A stretch of DNA of 62,718 nucleotides, counting the filler, from an uncultured Thermoplasmatales archaeon (lineage in GTDB: Archaea; Thermoplasmatota; E2; DHVEG-1), in NCBI GenBank assembly GCA_964517155.1. It is 8 parts of 8 records of this genome, joined end to end, with 100 filler letters (N's around TTAATTAATTAA, not from the genome) between each part and the next. Parts side by side here need not be neighbours in the genome. Positions count along the whole stretch, not along the records: positions 23,349 to 37,179 come from CAZFAZ010000064.1; positions 37,280 to 41,528 come from CAZFAZ010000065.1; 6 more parts are not named here. One strand, written 5' to 3'. This document shows, piece after piece, positions 32,974-41,628 of this stretch. The number at the start of each line of letters is the position of its first letter. Positions within the stretch are counted from its first letter, which is position 1. Below the pieces are notes generated by a model. The model did no database searches, was not told where the DNA came from, and was given only the letters and a program-made list of their open reading frames with translations. A program made the translations under genes and the position numbers.

Positions 32974-33639
32974 TTAATCAACAGTGGTTTTTTTAAATCC
33001 AACAATATTCCTATCATAAAGTTCATTACTGAATTTTAAAAGCTCAACAAAAACTTCATACTTTTTTTTAGCAGTGGGTTCAAAATCACTGCTATACAGA
33101 GAACTGTAGTAAGGTTTGATATCACCTCCATGTGAATATTCAATTGTAATTATTGTAGACATAGGTAAACCACTTATATGGTCTTTATCATAAATCCAAA
33201 AGGATTCCGTTTTTTCTGTTTTAGGAGCATCAACATCTATATAGATATAATAAAAATAGAAACTAATATTTTCAATAGTTACTTCTGTTTCAAAAGATTC
33301 GCTTTTGTCAGTAAAATTTATATGAAAATATGGGTCCATAACTTCATCTATTATCTTATTACATCCTGTACAGCCTGGTTCACTATATAAAATTAAAATA
33401 GGACCCTTGTTTTTTAGAGTATCAATAACAAAATCAGGATGATCCCTACCATTTGCTGTATCAAAAGTGAAATCTCTGGAAGTTATTGGCTTAAGTTTTA
33501 TACAACTAAGGCAAAGAACTCTGACAATACCTGATTCAACATCATCATAAATATCAGTATAATATAACATCCCGCCTAAAACACCTGAGATAAGGAGTAT
33601 TAAACCAACCTGAACTGCTAGTAGCATTTTTTTATTCAT
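32974..33639 (-). CDS. Membrane-anchored protein with LCLSCI motif and thioredoxin-like CTGC domain
   Basis: N-terminal TM, VLCLSCI, YSEPGCTGC, GLP cis-Pro-like site. Confidence 0.75.
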   Translation of the reverse strand: MNKKMLLAVQVGLILLISGVLGGMLYYTDIYDDVESGIVRVLCLSCIKLKPITSRDFTFDTANGRDHPDFVIDTLKNKGPILILYSEPGCTGCNKIIDEVMDPYFHINFTDKSESFETEVTIENISFYFYYIYIDVDAPKTEKTESFWIYDKDHISGLPMSTIITIEYSHGGDIKPYYSSLYSSDFEPTAKKKYEVFVELLKFSNELYDRNIVGFKKTTVD

Positions 33640-34454
33640 ATCTTCGTCCTTTCATATCTAATTGCATTTTTAGGGCAAACATTTATACATTTGCCACAAA
33701 GAATACACTCGGGATCACGATTCATCTCAGGAACATTTATACCCATCGGGCAAACATCTGAACAAAGATTACAATGAATACAAGAATCCTTATCAACAGA
33801 CACAGTAAGATAACTAATCTTGTTAAAAAGTGCAAGTATTGCCCCCACAGGGCAGAAATAACGACACCAACCTCTTTCTACTAATAATATTAATGCAAAG
33901 AATAATATGAAGAAAATTATAGCTGTCCAAAAAAAGGGATTTGGACTGAATTTACCAGGGTTTAAAATAAGTATTGGAATAGTGCCTGTTAGAATACCAA
34001 CCGGACATATGTCAGTAAACATAAAACCAAGTAGAAAAGGTGTTATTATAACTAGACTAATTAAGACCACATATTTTGTGTATCTTAAGTATTTTTCTAC
34101 TTTACATTTTCCTATTTTTTTAAAGATAGGTATTTTCTTTTTTAGATATCTTGGAATCTTTGCTGTTGTACGTTGTAAAAGGCCAATTGGGCATGCCCAA
34201 CCGCATACAGCTCTACCTGTTGAGATACCAACTATTCCAAGTATTAATAAGGGATATACAAAAAGTTTCCATGCAAAACTATGATCATATAAACTTTTTT
34301 CTATTGCCCCAATCGGACATGCTGATGTTGCATATGGACAAGCATTACAATAGAAAAATGGAAAACAAAAACCTGTTTTAAGGCCAAAGGCTCCAAAGTT
34401 TGCAGAAAAAAATATTGAGATTTGTATTAATAATCTTTTGATTTGAAATTTCAT
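33636..34454 (-). CDS. Membrane polyferredoxin (NapH/RdxA-like 4Fe-4S binding protein)
   Basis: C..CP..CP.G, GR..CGW.CP.G, R.WCRY.CP.G, two CxxCxxCxxxCP. Confidence 0.9.
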   Translation of the reverse strand: MKFQIKRLLIQISIFFSANFGAFGLKTGFCFPFFYCNACPYATSACPIGAIEKSLYDHSFAWKLFVYPLLILGIVGISTGRAVCGWACPIGLLQRTTAKIPRYLKKKIPIFKKIGKCKVEKYLRYTKYVVLISLVIITPFLLGFMFTDICPVGILTGTIPILILNPGKFSPNPFFWTAIIFFILFFALILLVERGWCRYFCPVGAILALFNKISYLTVSVDKDSCIHCNLCSDVCPMGINVPEMNRDPECILCGKCINVCPKNAIRYERTKI

Positions 34455-34960
34455 CTTTTGTCCCTTTTTTTAACTTTAACAAATGATAAGAATAAAGCAA
34501 CAAGAAATAGGATTATACCAAATCCAGATATTGCATTATCATCATTATTTGTAGAACCTGCATTATTGTTTTCTTCATCTTCTGTTTCTAAACTATAATT
34601 AACATACTCTGTTTCAATCCATCTTTCCTCTGTTTTTATGTTCAAAGAGTATTTAAAAAATGTCGCTTCAGGATATAATAACTGATAAGATATAGAATAT
34701 AACGTTTTGTTCTTTTGCATTGATAAGTTTTGGATAGAATGACATAAGGATAATCCTTCACATTCTCCTATTTTTATATAGACTTGTTCTATGTTTTCTT
34801 CAATTGTAATATTTGCATTTATTTTAACTGTTGATAGTGGTTCTGGTTCTTCTGGTGTAACTGTTACATTAATCATAAGAGCTACTGAATTTAACATAAA
34901 AAAACTTAGTACTAAGACTATTATTACTGCATATAATATTGTTTTTTTATAATATCTCAT
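34451..34960 (-). CDS. Secreted protein with PGF-CTERM-like (SGF) tail
   Basis: Signal peptide; C-terminal ISGF + TM + basic KKRDKR. Confidence 0.7.
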   Translation of the reverse strand: MRYYKKTILYAVIIVLVLSFFMLNSVALMINVTVTPEEPEPLSTVKINANITIEENIEQVYIKIGECEGLSLCHSIQNLSMQKNKTLYSISYQLLYPEATFFKYSLNIKTEERWIETEYVNYSLETEDEENNNAGSTNNDDNAISGFGIILFLVALFLSFVKVKKRDKR

Positions 34961-35040
34961 TTTAACTTTTTCTCCCCCATTAGCTATTTTTTAATAATTT
35001 GATTTTCTGTAATAAATATTTCCATTTTATCTAAAAATCT

Positions 35041-35664
35041 TTAACCAAGTTTTATATAATCTCTATATGTTTCTAAAACATCTTCCTTTGTTTCACCTGA
35101 GTAATATGTGTCAATTGAGATAATAGTAATACTGTTTCCTTTTTCTTTTTTTATTTTTTGAAGCTCAGGCATTTGCATTTCACAAGGTGGACATCCAACA
35201 CCCATAATATCAAGGATGATTACTTCTCCTTTATGTTTAGATAAAGTAAAATCCTCATTATTAAAGGTTGTAACCGTAAAATCGATAGATTCTGCAAGGC
35301 TTTCTGCTGTCCCTGAAATCGCATCTTCAATATACGGGAGGAGTTGATCTTTAGAATGATATCCCGGCCCATAAAAAACAACATCTCCATTTTTATCCAT
35401 TATAACTAATGTAGGTATGGCATTAGCTTGATATTTATATTGAATATTATCAGTATCCATTGCAAATAACCATCTATCATCTGATTCATTATTTTCGTTT
35501 TTTATTTTTTCTTCATCTGTATTATTTTCTTTACCTGTATTATATACAATTACTGCTAAACCAGAAATACACAGCATTACAATTATTAATAATACAATAT
35601 AAATTCTTGAATAATTTTTTTTGTATGATTTTTTTGATTTTATTTCAGCTCTTTTTCTGGACAT
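35041..35664 (-). CDS. Membrane-anchored, circularly permuted TlpA/ResA-like redoxin
   Basis: cis-Pro half (AIPTLVIMDKNG) precedes CxxC half (DFT..F.LS..KG.V.ILD.M..CPPC..MP.L). Confidence 0.85.
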   Translation of the reverse strand: MSRKRAEIKSKKSYKKNYSRIYIVLLIIVMLCISGLAVIVYNTGKENNTDEEKIKNENNESDDRWLFAMDTDNIQYKYQANAIPTLVIMDKNGDVVFYGPGYHSKDQLLPYIEDAISGTAESLAESIDFTVTTFNNEDFTLSKHKGEVIILDIMGVGCPPCEMQMPELQKIKKEKGNSITIISIDTYYSGETKEDVLETYRDYIKLG

Positions 35665-35729
35665 TACTTAACACGTCTCCTTAAAAACTGCAATATAATA
35701 AAAGAACTGGAGTATAGCAATTTTTGAAA

Positions 35730-36143
35730 TTATTTATAACGCTCAATCTTTGGTTTAAGTATTTGTTTTGGCATAGCGCCGATAATAACATCAACTAGTT
35801 TTCCATTTTTAAAAACTAGTAATGACGGGATGCTCATTATATTATATTTTATTGAAGTTGCCTGGTTTTCATCAACATTTAGTCTACCAAATACTATTTT
35901 TCCTTTCATTTCTATAGCAAGTTCTTCTATTATAGGATGAATCACACGACATGGACCACACCATGGAGCCCAACAATCAACTACAAGAGTGTCGTACTTA
36001 TGTATATGTTCATCTATATCTGCATCAGTCAATTCCAAAGGTTTATCAAGTATATTTTTATCCATATTTTTTCCTCCAAACATGTATTGTTTTTTTAATT
36101 GCTCCATTTTTCTTTTCTTTATTTCTTCAAGTTCATCATACAT
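35730..36143 (-). CDS. trxA: Thioredoxin
   Basis: WAPWCGPC, SIPSLL.FKNG. Confidence 0.95.
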   Translation of the reverse strand: MYDELEEIKKRKMEQLKKQYMFGGKNMDKNILDKPLELTDADIDEHIHKYDTLVVDCWAPWCGPCRVIHPIIEELAIEMKGKIVFGRLNVDENQATSIKYNIMSIPSLLVFKNGKLVDVIIGAMPKQILKPKIERYK

Positions 36144-36174
36144 TAGAAAATAAATAATGTTGCTGACTTTTATA

Positions 36175-36432
36175 TTATTTATTATCCTGAAGCCATTTTC
36201 TAATCCTTAAATAACCAATGAGTTTAACACCATCAACCCAAAGAATTGGTGCTGTTTGCTGTAAATCTTCAAAAACATTATGAGATTTAGCATCATTTAA
36301 TTGATCAGTAGTCCAATTACTAATATCATGAGAATAAGTCACTATTTTAATATCATCTCTATTTTCAATTAACTCTTTTGTTTTCATGCATTTAACACAG
36401 TTTTCCAATGAAAATAATATTTTTTCAGCCAT
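36175..36432 (-). CDS. Glutaredoxin-like protein
   Basis: NCVKC..TK, APIL.VDG...G. Confidence 0.8.
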   Translation of the reverse strand: MAEKILFSLENCVKCMKTKELIENRDDIKIVTYSHDISNWTTDQLNDAKSHNVFEDLQQTAPILWVDGVKLIGYLRIRKWLQDNK

Positions 36433-36458
36433 GAATTATTATATACCCCCCTAAATAG

Positions 36459-36511
36459 TGGGCCAGGCCAGAATTGAACTGGCGACCTCCGCGTTGTAAG
36501 CGCGACGTCAT
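36459..36511 (-). tRNA. tRNA-Val(TAC), 3' two-thirds only
   Basis: Anticodon arm TCGCG-CTTACAA-CGCGG, T-arm GCCAG-TTCAATT-CTGGC, 3' acceptor strand CTGGCCC-A; 5' acceptor strand and most of D-arm absent. Confidence 0.85.
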
Positions 36512-37179
36512 GATGGCCTCGCGCGACCTGGCACGGCACAAGGGGCTGGCAATCGACTACAGCGTGGAAGACGCCGTGCCTTGCTGGCTGCGCGGCGATG
36601 GGCGGAGGGTGGGGCAAATCCTCGGCAACCTGGTGGCCAACGCGTTGAAGTTCACTTCGCAAGGCGAGGTCCACGTGCGCGTGTCGCTCGACGAATACAG
36701 TGGCGGGGCCGCCGTCATTCGCATGGTTGTCACCGACACGGGCGTGGGAATCCCCGCGGACCGGCAGCAGGTTATCTTCGACGCCTTCGCCCAGGCCGAC
36801 GGCTCCTCGACGCGCCGCTTCGGAGGGTTGGGGCTTGGACTGTCCATCTGCAAGCAACTGGTCGACCTGATGGGCGGGCAAATCGGGTTCCGCAGCCAGT
36901 CGGGAAACGGCAGCAGCTTTTGGGTGACCGTGCCGCTGGCTATCCACGCGAATGCGAAGCTTGCATCGCCAGCCACAGCATATCCGCCCGCCGGACGTGC
37001 CGGCCGTTTCGGCCAACCGCAACGGGAACAGATGAACGAGAAACCCCGCCGGCTGTGCCCGCGCGTCCTGGTAGCCGACGACGACTACCTGAGCCGGACC
37101 CTTGTGGAGATGCTGCTGGGACGTGCGGGCTGTCTGATCGACACGGCAGCCAATGGTTCCGAAGCGCTGACCCTGGCCG
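36501..37179 (+). other. High-GC bacterial-like hybrid histidine kinase fragment (HATPase + start of receiver), probable chimera/contaminant
   Basis: NL..NALKFT..G.V, DTGVGI, AF.QAD.S.TR.FGG.GLGL.I, VLVADD; no H-box; abrupt jump in GC content. Confidence 0.85.
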
Positions 37180-37279
37180 NNNNNNNNNNNNNNNNNNNNN
37201 NNNNNNNNNNNNNNNNNNNNNNNTTAATTAATTAANNNNNNNNNNNNNNNNNNNNNNNNNNNNNNNNNNNNNNNNNNNN

Positions 37280-37636
37280 ACTTATAATAACCTGTACATA
37301 AGCACATCTGATTCCTTTGTTTTTTGCATTATTAATAACAGTATTTGCTTTAGTACTACTTTCATTTTTTAAAAAATCATTTACTTCTTCAAGTAATGGA
37401 TCATGTAAGGTGTATTTGTCTCCTTCTTTTAAAGTTGTTAATATTGACTTATTTTGTTCATAAGATTCTTGTAAAATTATAAGTTTTTCTTCATAGTATT
37501 TTATAGTGTTTTGTAATTCTTTTATTTCATTTGAGATTGTATGGTTTATTCCTATTATAGCTAGGTTTAAAGTTACTGTTAAAACTAGTATAATTGTTAG
37601 TATAGCTGTAGTTTTTTTCTTTGGTTTTTTATCCAT
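37280..37636 (-). CDS. Degenerate paralog of adjacent papain-like protein (3' truncated)
   Basis: TM + coiled coil + DP...EV..FL and NNA...GIRCAYV shared with 37653-38231, but nucleophile segment missing. Confidence 0.7.
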
Positions 37637-37652
37637 TTTTTTAATTTCCTTT

Positions 37653-38231
37653 TTACCAATACAGTATATAATCTAATATTATGTTTCCTGATCCATGGCT
37701 TGTTGAATTTTCTAAACAGTCTTGCCAGTAGTCTTTGCCTATTTCTATTTGTGCTATTTCATCTAGTTGTGGTTCAAAAAATATAAGTCCTTTATCTGTG
37801 GTGTTAAATGCAACTATTGCATGTGGATAGTTGTTGTTTAATATGAGCTCTACATATGCACATCTAATATCTTGTTCTTCTGCGTTGTTGTTTACATCGG
37901 TTGAGAAATGTACGCAGTTGTAATCTGTATCATGATATGTGTTTTCGTTTGTGGTATCATTTATAATAAAGCTAAGGACTTGGTTGTAAGTTGGATCTTT
38001 TAACTCTGTTTTGTTTTGATTTTTTAGAAGGTTTATGTTGCTAATTGTATTTTCTAATGAACGTTTATAATCATTTAGCTGTGTTTTAATTGATGATGCC
38101 TGGTTGCTAGTTGAATTCAGCTCTTTTTGATTAGGAAGAAAAACTGTGCTTGAATAAAACGTTATTATAAAGCTTATTAAAACTGTTAGAATTAAAAAAA
38201 TATTTTTTCTTAAAGCTCTCCTCATCTCCAT
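37653..38231 (-). CDS. Membrane-anchored papain/transglutaminase-like protein (putative Cys-His-Glu triad)
   Basis: YNCVHF, HAIVAF, FFEPQ motifs after TM and coiled coil. Confidence 0.75.
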   Translation of the reverse strand: MEMRRALRKNIFLILTVLISFIITFYSSTVFLPNQKELNSTSNQASSIKTQLNDYKRSLENTISNINLLKNQNKTELKDPTYNQVLSFIINDTTNENTYHDTDYNCVHFSTDVNNNAEEQDIRCAYVELILNNNYPHAIVAFNTTDKGLIFFEPQLDEIAQIEIGKDYWQDCLENSTSHGSGNIILDYILYW

Positions 38232-38304
38232 TATAATTTATTATAGATGCTAAAAAGGTTAATAAAATCTATTAAAAAATAGTGATTAAAAAAAAACAAA
38301 AGTT

Positions 38305-38326
38305 GAAGTATCCCTGCGGATACTTC
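38305..38326 (-). terminator. Hairpin terminator after 502-aa gene
   Basis: GAAGTATCC-N4-GGATACTTC followed by T-rich tract on minus strand. Confidence 0.75.
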
Positions 38327-38342
38327 TTTTTTATAATTATTT

Positions 38343-39851
38343 TTAAATGCTTGCGCTTTGGCTTTGTTGCTGTGATTGGCTAGAGCTGCTTGAACTGGAT
38401 GAGCTGCTTGAACTGGATGACCCTGTTGTGCCATATGAGCTTGTACCGTATGACATGGTATTGGTTTGCATAGGTATGCCGAATATTTCTGCCTGAGCTT
38501 TTCCAAGTAGTCCTAGGTTGCTACCACCTTCATCATCACAATAAATGATAGTACAGAGTACAGATTTTGCCATATCATAGAGCCCAGCAAGGACCATTGA
38601 ACCACCTGTACTAAGTCTAAATCCATTTCTTAATGCACTTATCAATGCAGGTCCTATCGATGCAGCTGCTGTTGCAACTACGGGTAACCATGCTGGAGCT
38701 GTAATAATACCTAGGCCAACTGCAACAACTAGTAAATCCAATTGTATGTTGCTAGGTAGGTTGCTCCAAGCGTCAGCACCCATATTTAGTAGAGGGAAAT
38801 CCCAATCTGATATAATGTCCCATGTTTCACCAGCGATATATCCAGCTGCTTGAAGAGCGGCTAACACCGCATTTAAGGTCATTGAGTCGATTTCGGCTTC
38901 ACAACTAGTTCTTTCTGCATTTGATGCTGATCTTATTCCATCGACACATTCTGTTGAACCTATGCTAGTTGGACTGCCAGCAGAAGTAGCTGTACTGGTT
39001 GCAGATCCTCTTGCCATTACTGGGTGTGTAAAATCTGGTATTGGTATTGCTTCTAAGGACTCTCCATATTTATTATCCGTTATGTTTGTTGGTATATTAT
39101 TGCTAATTTCTGAAACACTGCTTATTCCTCTTTGTTCTATTCTGCTTTTTATTACTCGTACTTGTTCAACATCTTCTCTTAGATATGCTGCAATTAATTC
39201 AAATCCGTCTTTTTCTTTTATGCTTCTTGCAGTTAATGCCATTTGTTCAAATTGACTAGCTGAATTTATTCTTACAGATATTTGTTGATCTGCGCTTAAT
39301 GCTCTTGTTTCTTGTATTGTAGGATAAGTTTCAACTAATCCCACTAAAAATGCTGCCATGTTCTTTTTCTCTTCGTCTGTTTTAAAAACTGCGTCAAAAG
39401 ACAAATCTACTGATTGTTGTACTCCACTGGAAATCATTCTAACTTCTTGACGAAGTAGGGATACTTCTTGTTTGAGTGCTATTACTTCTTGAGTTAAAAC
39501 TTTTAACAATGAAACGACTTCATCTTCTTCTGATAATGAATCTGAAGATACAGCTGCTGTTAGAGTTGAGGCGATTTCTGCGCTTCTCTCCTCGGTTTTT
39601 TGAATTTCTTCTTCTACGGCTGCTCTAAGTTTTTCTTGTTCTTCTACTGCTCGTGTTATACTACATAATACACACTCTGTTTCTTCCTGTTCAGAACTTT
39701 GTTCTATTTCTAATCCTAATTCTTTTGCTCGTTTCTCTTTTGTCATTACGTCATTTGCTAAAACTGTACTCATACTTGTTCCTATAAACATTGCAACAAC
39801 AAAAATTGTTGTTATTACTAGCATCTTATTTTTCATTATTTTTTTTCTCAT
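38343..39851 (-). CDS. Secreted 502-aa protein: coiled coil, hydrophobic G/A-rich C-terminal domain, Ser/Gln tail
   Basis: Signal peptide, GGTGAGG SD, heptad LTQEVIALKQEVSLLRQEV, hydrophobic hairpin. Confidence 0.8.
   Translation of the reverse strand: MRKKIMKNKMLVITTIFVVAMFIGTSMSTVLANDVMTKEKRAKELGLEIEQSSEQEETECVLCSITRAVEEQEKLRAAVEEEIQKTEERSAEIASTLTAAVSSDSLSEEDEVVSLLKVLTQEVIALKQEVSLLRQEVRMISSGVQQSVDLSFDAVFKTDEEKKNMAAFLVGLVETYPTIQETRALSADQQISVRINSASQFEQMALTARSIKEKDGFELIAAYLREDVEQVRVIKSRIEQRGISSVSEISNNIPTNITDNKYGESLEAIPIPDFTHPVMARGSATSTATSAGSPTSIGSTECVDGIRSASNAERTSCEAEIDSMTLNAVLAALQAAGYIAGETWDIISDWDFPLLNMGADAWSNLPSNIQLDLLVVAVGLGIITAPAWLPVVATAAASIGPALISALRNGFRLSTGGSMVLAGLYDMAKSVLCTIIYCDDEGGSNLGLLGKAQAEIFGIPMQTNTMSYGTSSYGTTGSSSSSSSSSSSSSSQSQQQSQSASI
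38383..38418. repeat. 18-nt tandem duplication encoding poly-Ser
   Basis: GAGCTGCTTGAACTGGAT x2. Confidence 0.9.
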
Positions 39852-39875
39852 TTTTTCCTCACCTTTTTAAATCTT

Positions 39876-39942
39876 TATCACAAACGTGATATGATATACT
39901 CTATATGTTATAGTATTTAAATATTTCTTGACAAAATGTCAA
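39876..39942. promoter_or_regulatory. Promoter of 502-aa gene bracketed by two palindromes
   Basis: TATCAC-N4-GTGATA (39876-39891) and TTGACA-N3-TGTCAA (39928-39942) either side of TTTAAATA. Confidence 0.55.
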
Positions 39943-39982
39943 AAAAGCAATAATTATCTAAAGATTGAAAAAGGGTAACAAT

Positions 39983-41263
39983 CTAAGAAACATAAAATGA
40001 GGTGCTTTTACTAGCACTAAGAGATGTTCTACGATCATATAAATCAATATCTGCTTTGTAAATCTTAGAATTTTCCCAAACATTTGAATCAAGCTCAAAC
40101 CACCACATCTGAGAATTATTTCCAACAGTTGTTTTATTAATACTAGAATAATAATATTTTTTATTAGATGATGTAACATTTAAAACTAAGATTATATCAC
40201 ATATAGTATTATCATCAGTAGTAGCAATCTCAGTATATTCTAAATAAACAAAAACAGTATCATTAATATTAAAAATAGAATTAGCAGTATAAACCCTATA
40301 AGCTGAAACAGAACTTGCAGTTGTAAATATATTTATTTTTGGTATTTTTTCATACAACGTAAAATAAGTTTCATCACTTGCAGTTAAACCAGATATTTCA
40401 TCTTTTAAAATAAAGACAACTCTGTAATTACCTAAAGGCCATGAATACTTAGTTACAAAATCGCAATTATTTACAATTTCCTGAGAAGAATTAACATAAA
40501 AACTGTAACTATCTACCAAATTTTGTTCATGATATAAATTAACCTTGCCTGAAAACTTATAAGTAATATTCTCTGTGATATTTTCATATTCAAAATTAAT
40601 ACTTATCTTATCACCTAATCCAAGAGCATAATCAGAAACAGATAAACTTAGTATTCTTGGAGGATCATATACAATATCAGATGTATCTAGTAATACAAAG
40701 AAAAATAAACACAAAAATAGAATTATGCCAACGACAGCAGGTATAGCAATCTTAACAATTTTTTTCTTGTTATTTTTCTTAGGGATATCTTGTACAGGTT
40801 TTTTTATAATAGGTTTTTGTACAGGTGTTACTTGTTTTTTTTCTTCAGAAGGAGTCTTTACCCATCGATACGATTTAACAACTTCATCAATTTTATTTTC
40901 AAAAATCTTTAAACTATTTGGAATAAGTGTATCATCATCATAATGAATAACAGTTTTTGTTTTTATCTCGCCTTGCAATCCTTGTATTTCAACAGTAATT
41001 TTAGTAAAAGAGCGATTTAATCCTTCATCAATGCTGTATTTTTGATTTATAGAAAAAAGTTTAGATGATTTTAATTCTTCTAAAATTAAAATAACATCAT
41101 CTTCACTAATGAAAGTTTCAATTTTACTTTTTATTTTGACGTTATTTAAACCTTCATAAACAATTTTTCTATCATCATAGATAGTTATATTATATTCTGG
41201 TTTTTCAAATCCACCCTTTCTATATAATATAATTTTAATTGAATTATTATTCATAATAATCAA
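39983..41263 (-). CDS. Bitopic membrane protein: N-terminal DUF6438-like domain, TM, extracellular beta domains
   Basis: R.G....P.Y.ITIY.D.....G...V pattern; central TM; many NxS/T sequons. Confidence 0.65.
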   Translation of the reverse strand: MIIMNNNSIKIILYRKGGFEKPEYNITIYDDRKIVYEGLNNVKIKSKIETFISEDDVILILEELKSSKLFSINQKYSIDEGLNRSFTKITVEIQGLQGEIKTKTVIHYDDDTLIPNSLKIFENKIDEVVKSYRWVKTPSEEKKQVTPVQKPIIKKPVQDIPKKNNKKKIVKIAIPAVVGIILFLCLFFFVLLDTSDIVYDPPRILSLSVSDYALGLGDKISINFEYENITENITYKFSGKVNLYHEQNLVDSYSFYVNSSQEIVNNCDFVTKYSWPLGNYRVVFILKDEISGLTASDETYFTLYEKIPKINIFTTASSVSAYRVYTANSIFNINDTVFVYLEYTEIATTDDNTICDIILVLNVTSSNKKYYYSSINKTTVGNNSQMWWFELDSNVWENSKIYKADIDLYDRRTSLSASKSTSFYVS

Positions 41264-41423
41264 TTTGTAGTTTTATCTAACAATCTCTCCTAAATAAATA
41301 TGATATAAATAAATCACATATAAAATATATCTTCTAAAATTAAGAAATAAAGTAAAAAATGAAAAAATATAAGACCTATAAATTTAATTACTGAAAAAGA
41401 TAGGTGGAAAAGAGGATTAAAAA

Positions 41424-41528
41424 ATGAATAAAAAAAAATAATGATTATTTTGCTATCTTGTGTTTTTTTAATAGGCTTGTACCCCATGAATATATCTGCA
41501 GATTCAAATCTTTCGTTTAATCTGATAG
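41424..41528 (+). CDS. 5' end of secreted protein, with frameshift in A9 run (truncated by contig end)
   Basis: GAGG SD, MNKKK* then MIILLSCVFLIGLYPMNISA in another frame. Confidence 0.5.
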
Positions 41529-41628
41529 NNNNNNNNNNNNNNNNNNNNNNNNNNNNNNNNNNNNNNNNNNNNTTAATTAATTAANNNNNNNNNNNNNNNN
41601 NNNNNNNNNNNNNNNNNNNNNNNNNNNN

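Noticed and set aside
36384..37231. Overlapping ORFs 36384-37022(-), 36557-36976(-), 36581-37231(+)
   Set aside because: Shadow ORFs of high-GC DNA; only the kinase frame has motifs
38231..38506. 91-aa ORF with HPVQAA repeats; 18-nt repeat as possible CRISPR
   Set aside because: Alternative frame of the poly-Ser tail; two adjacent copies with no spacers and no cas genes
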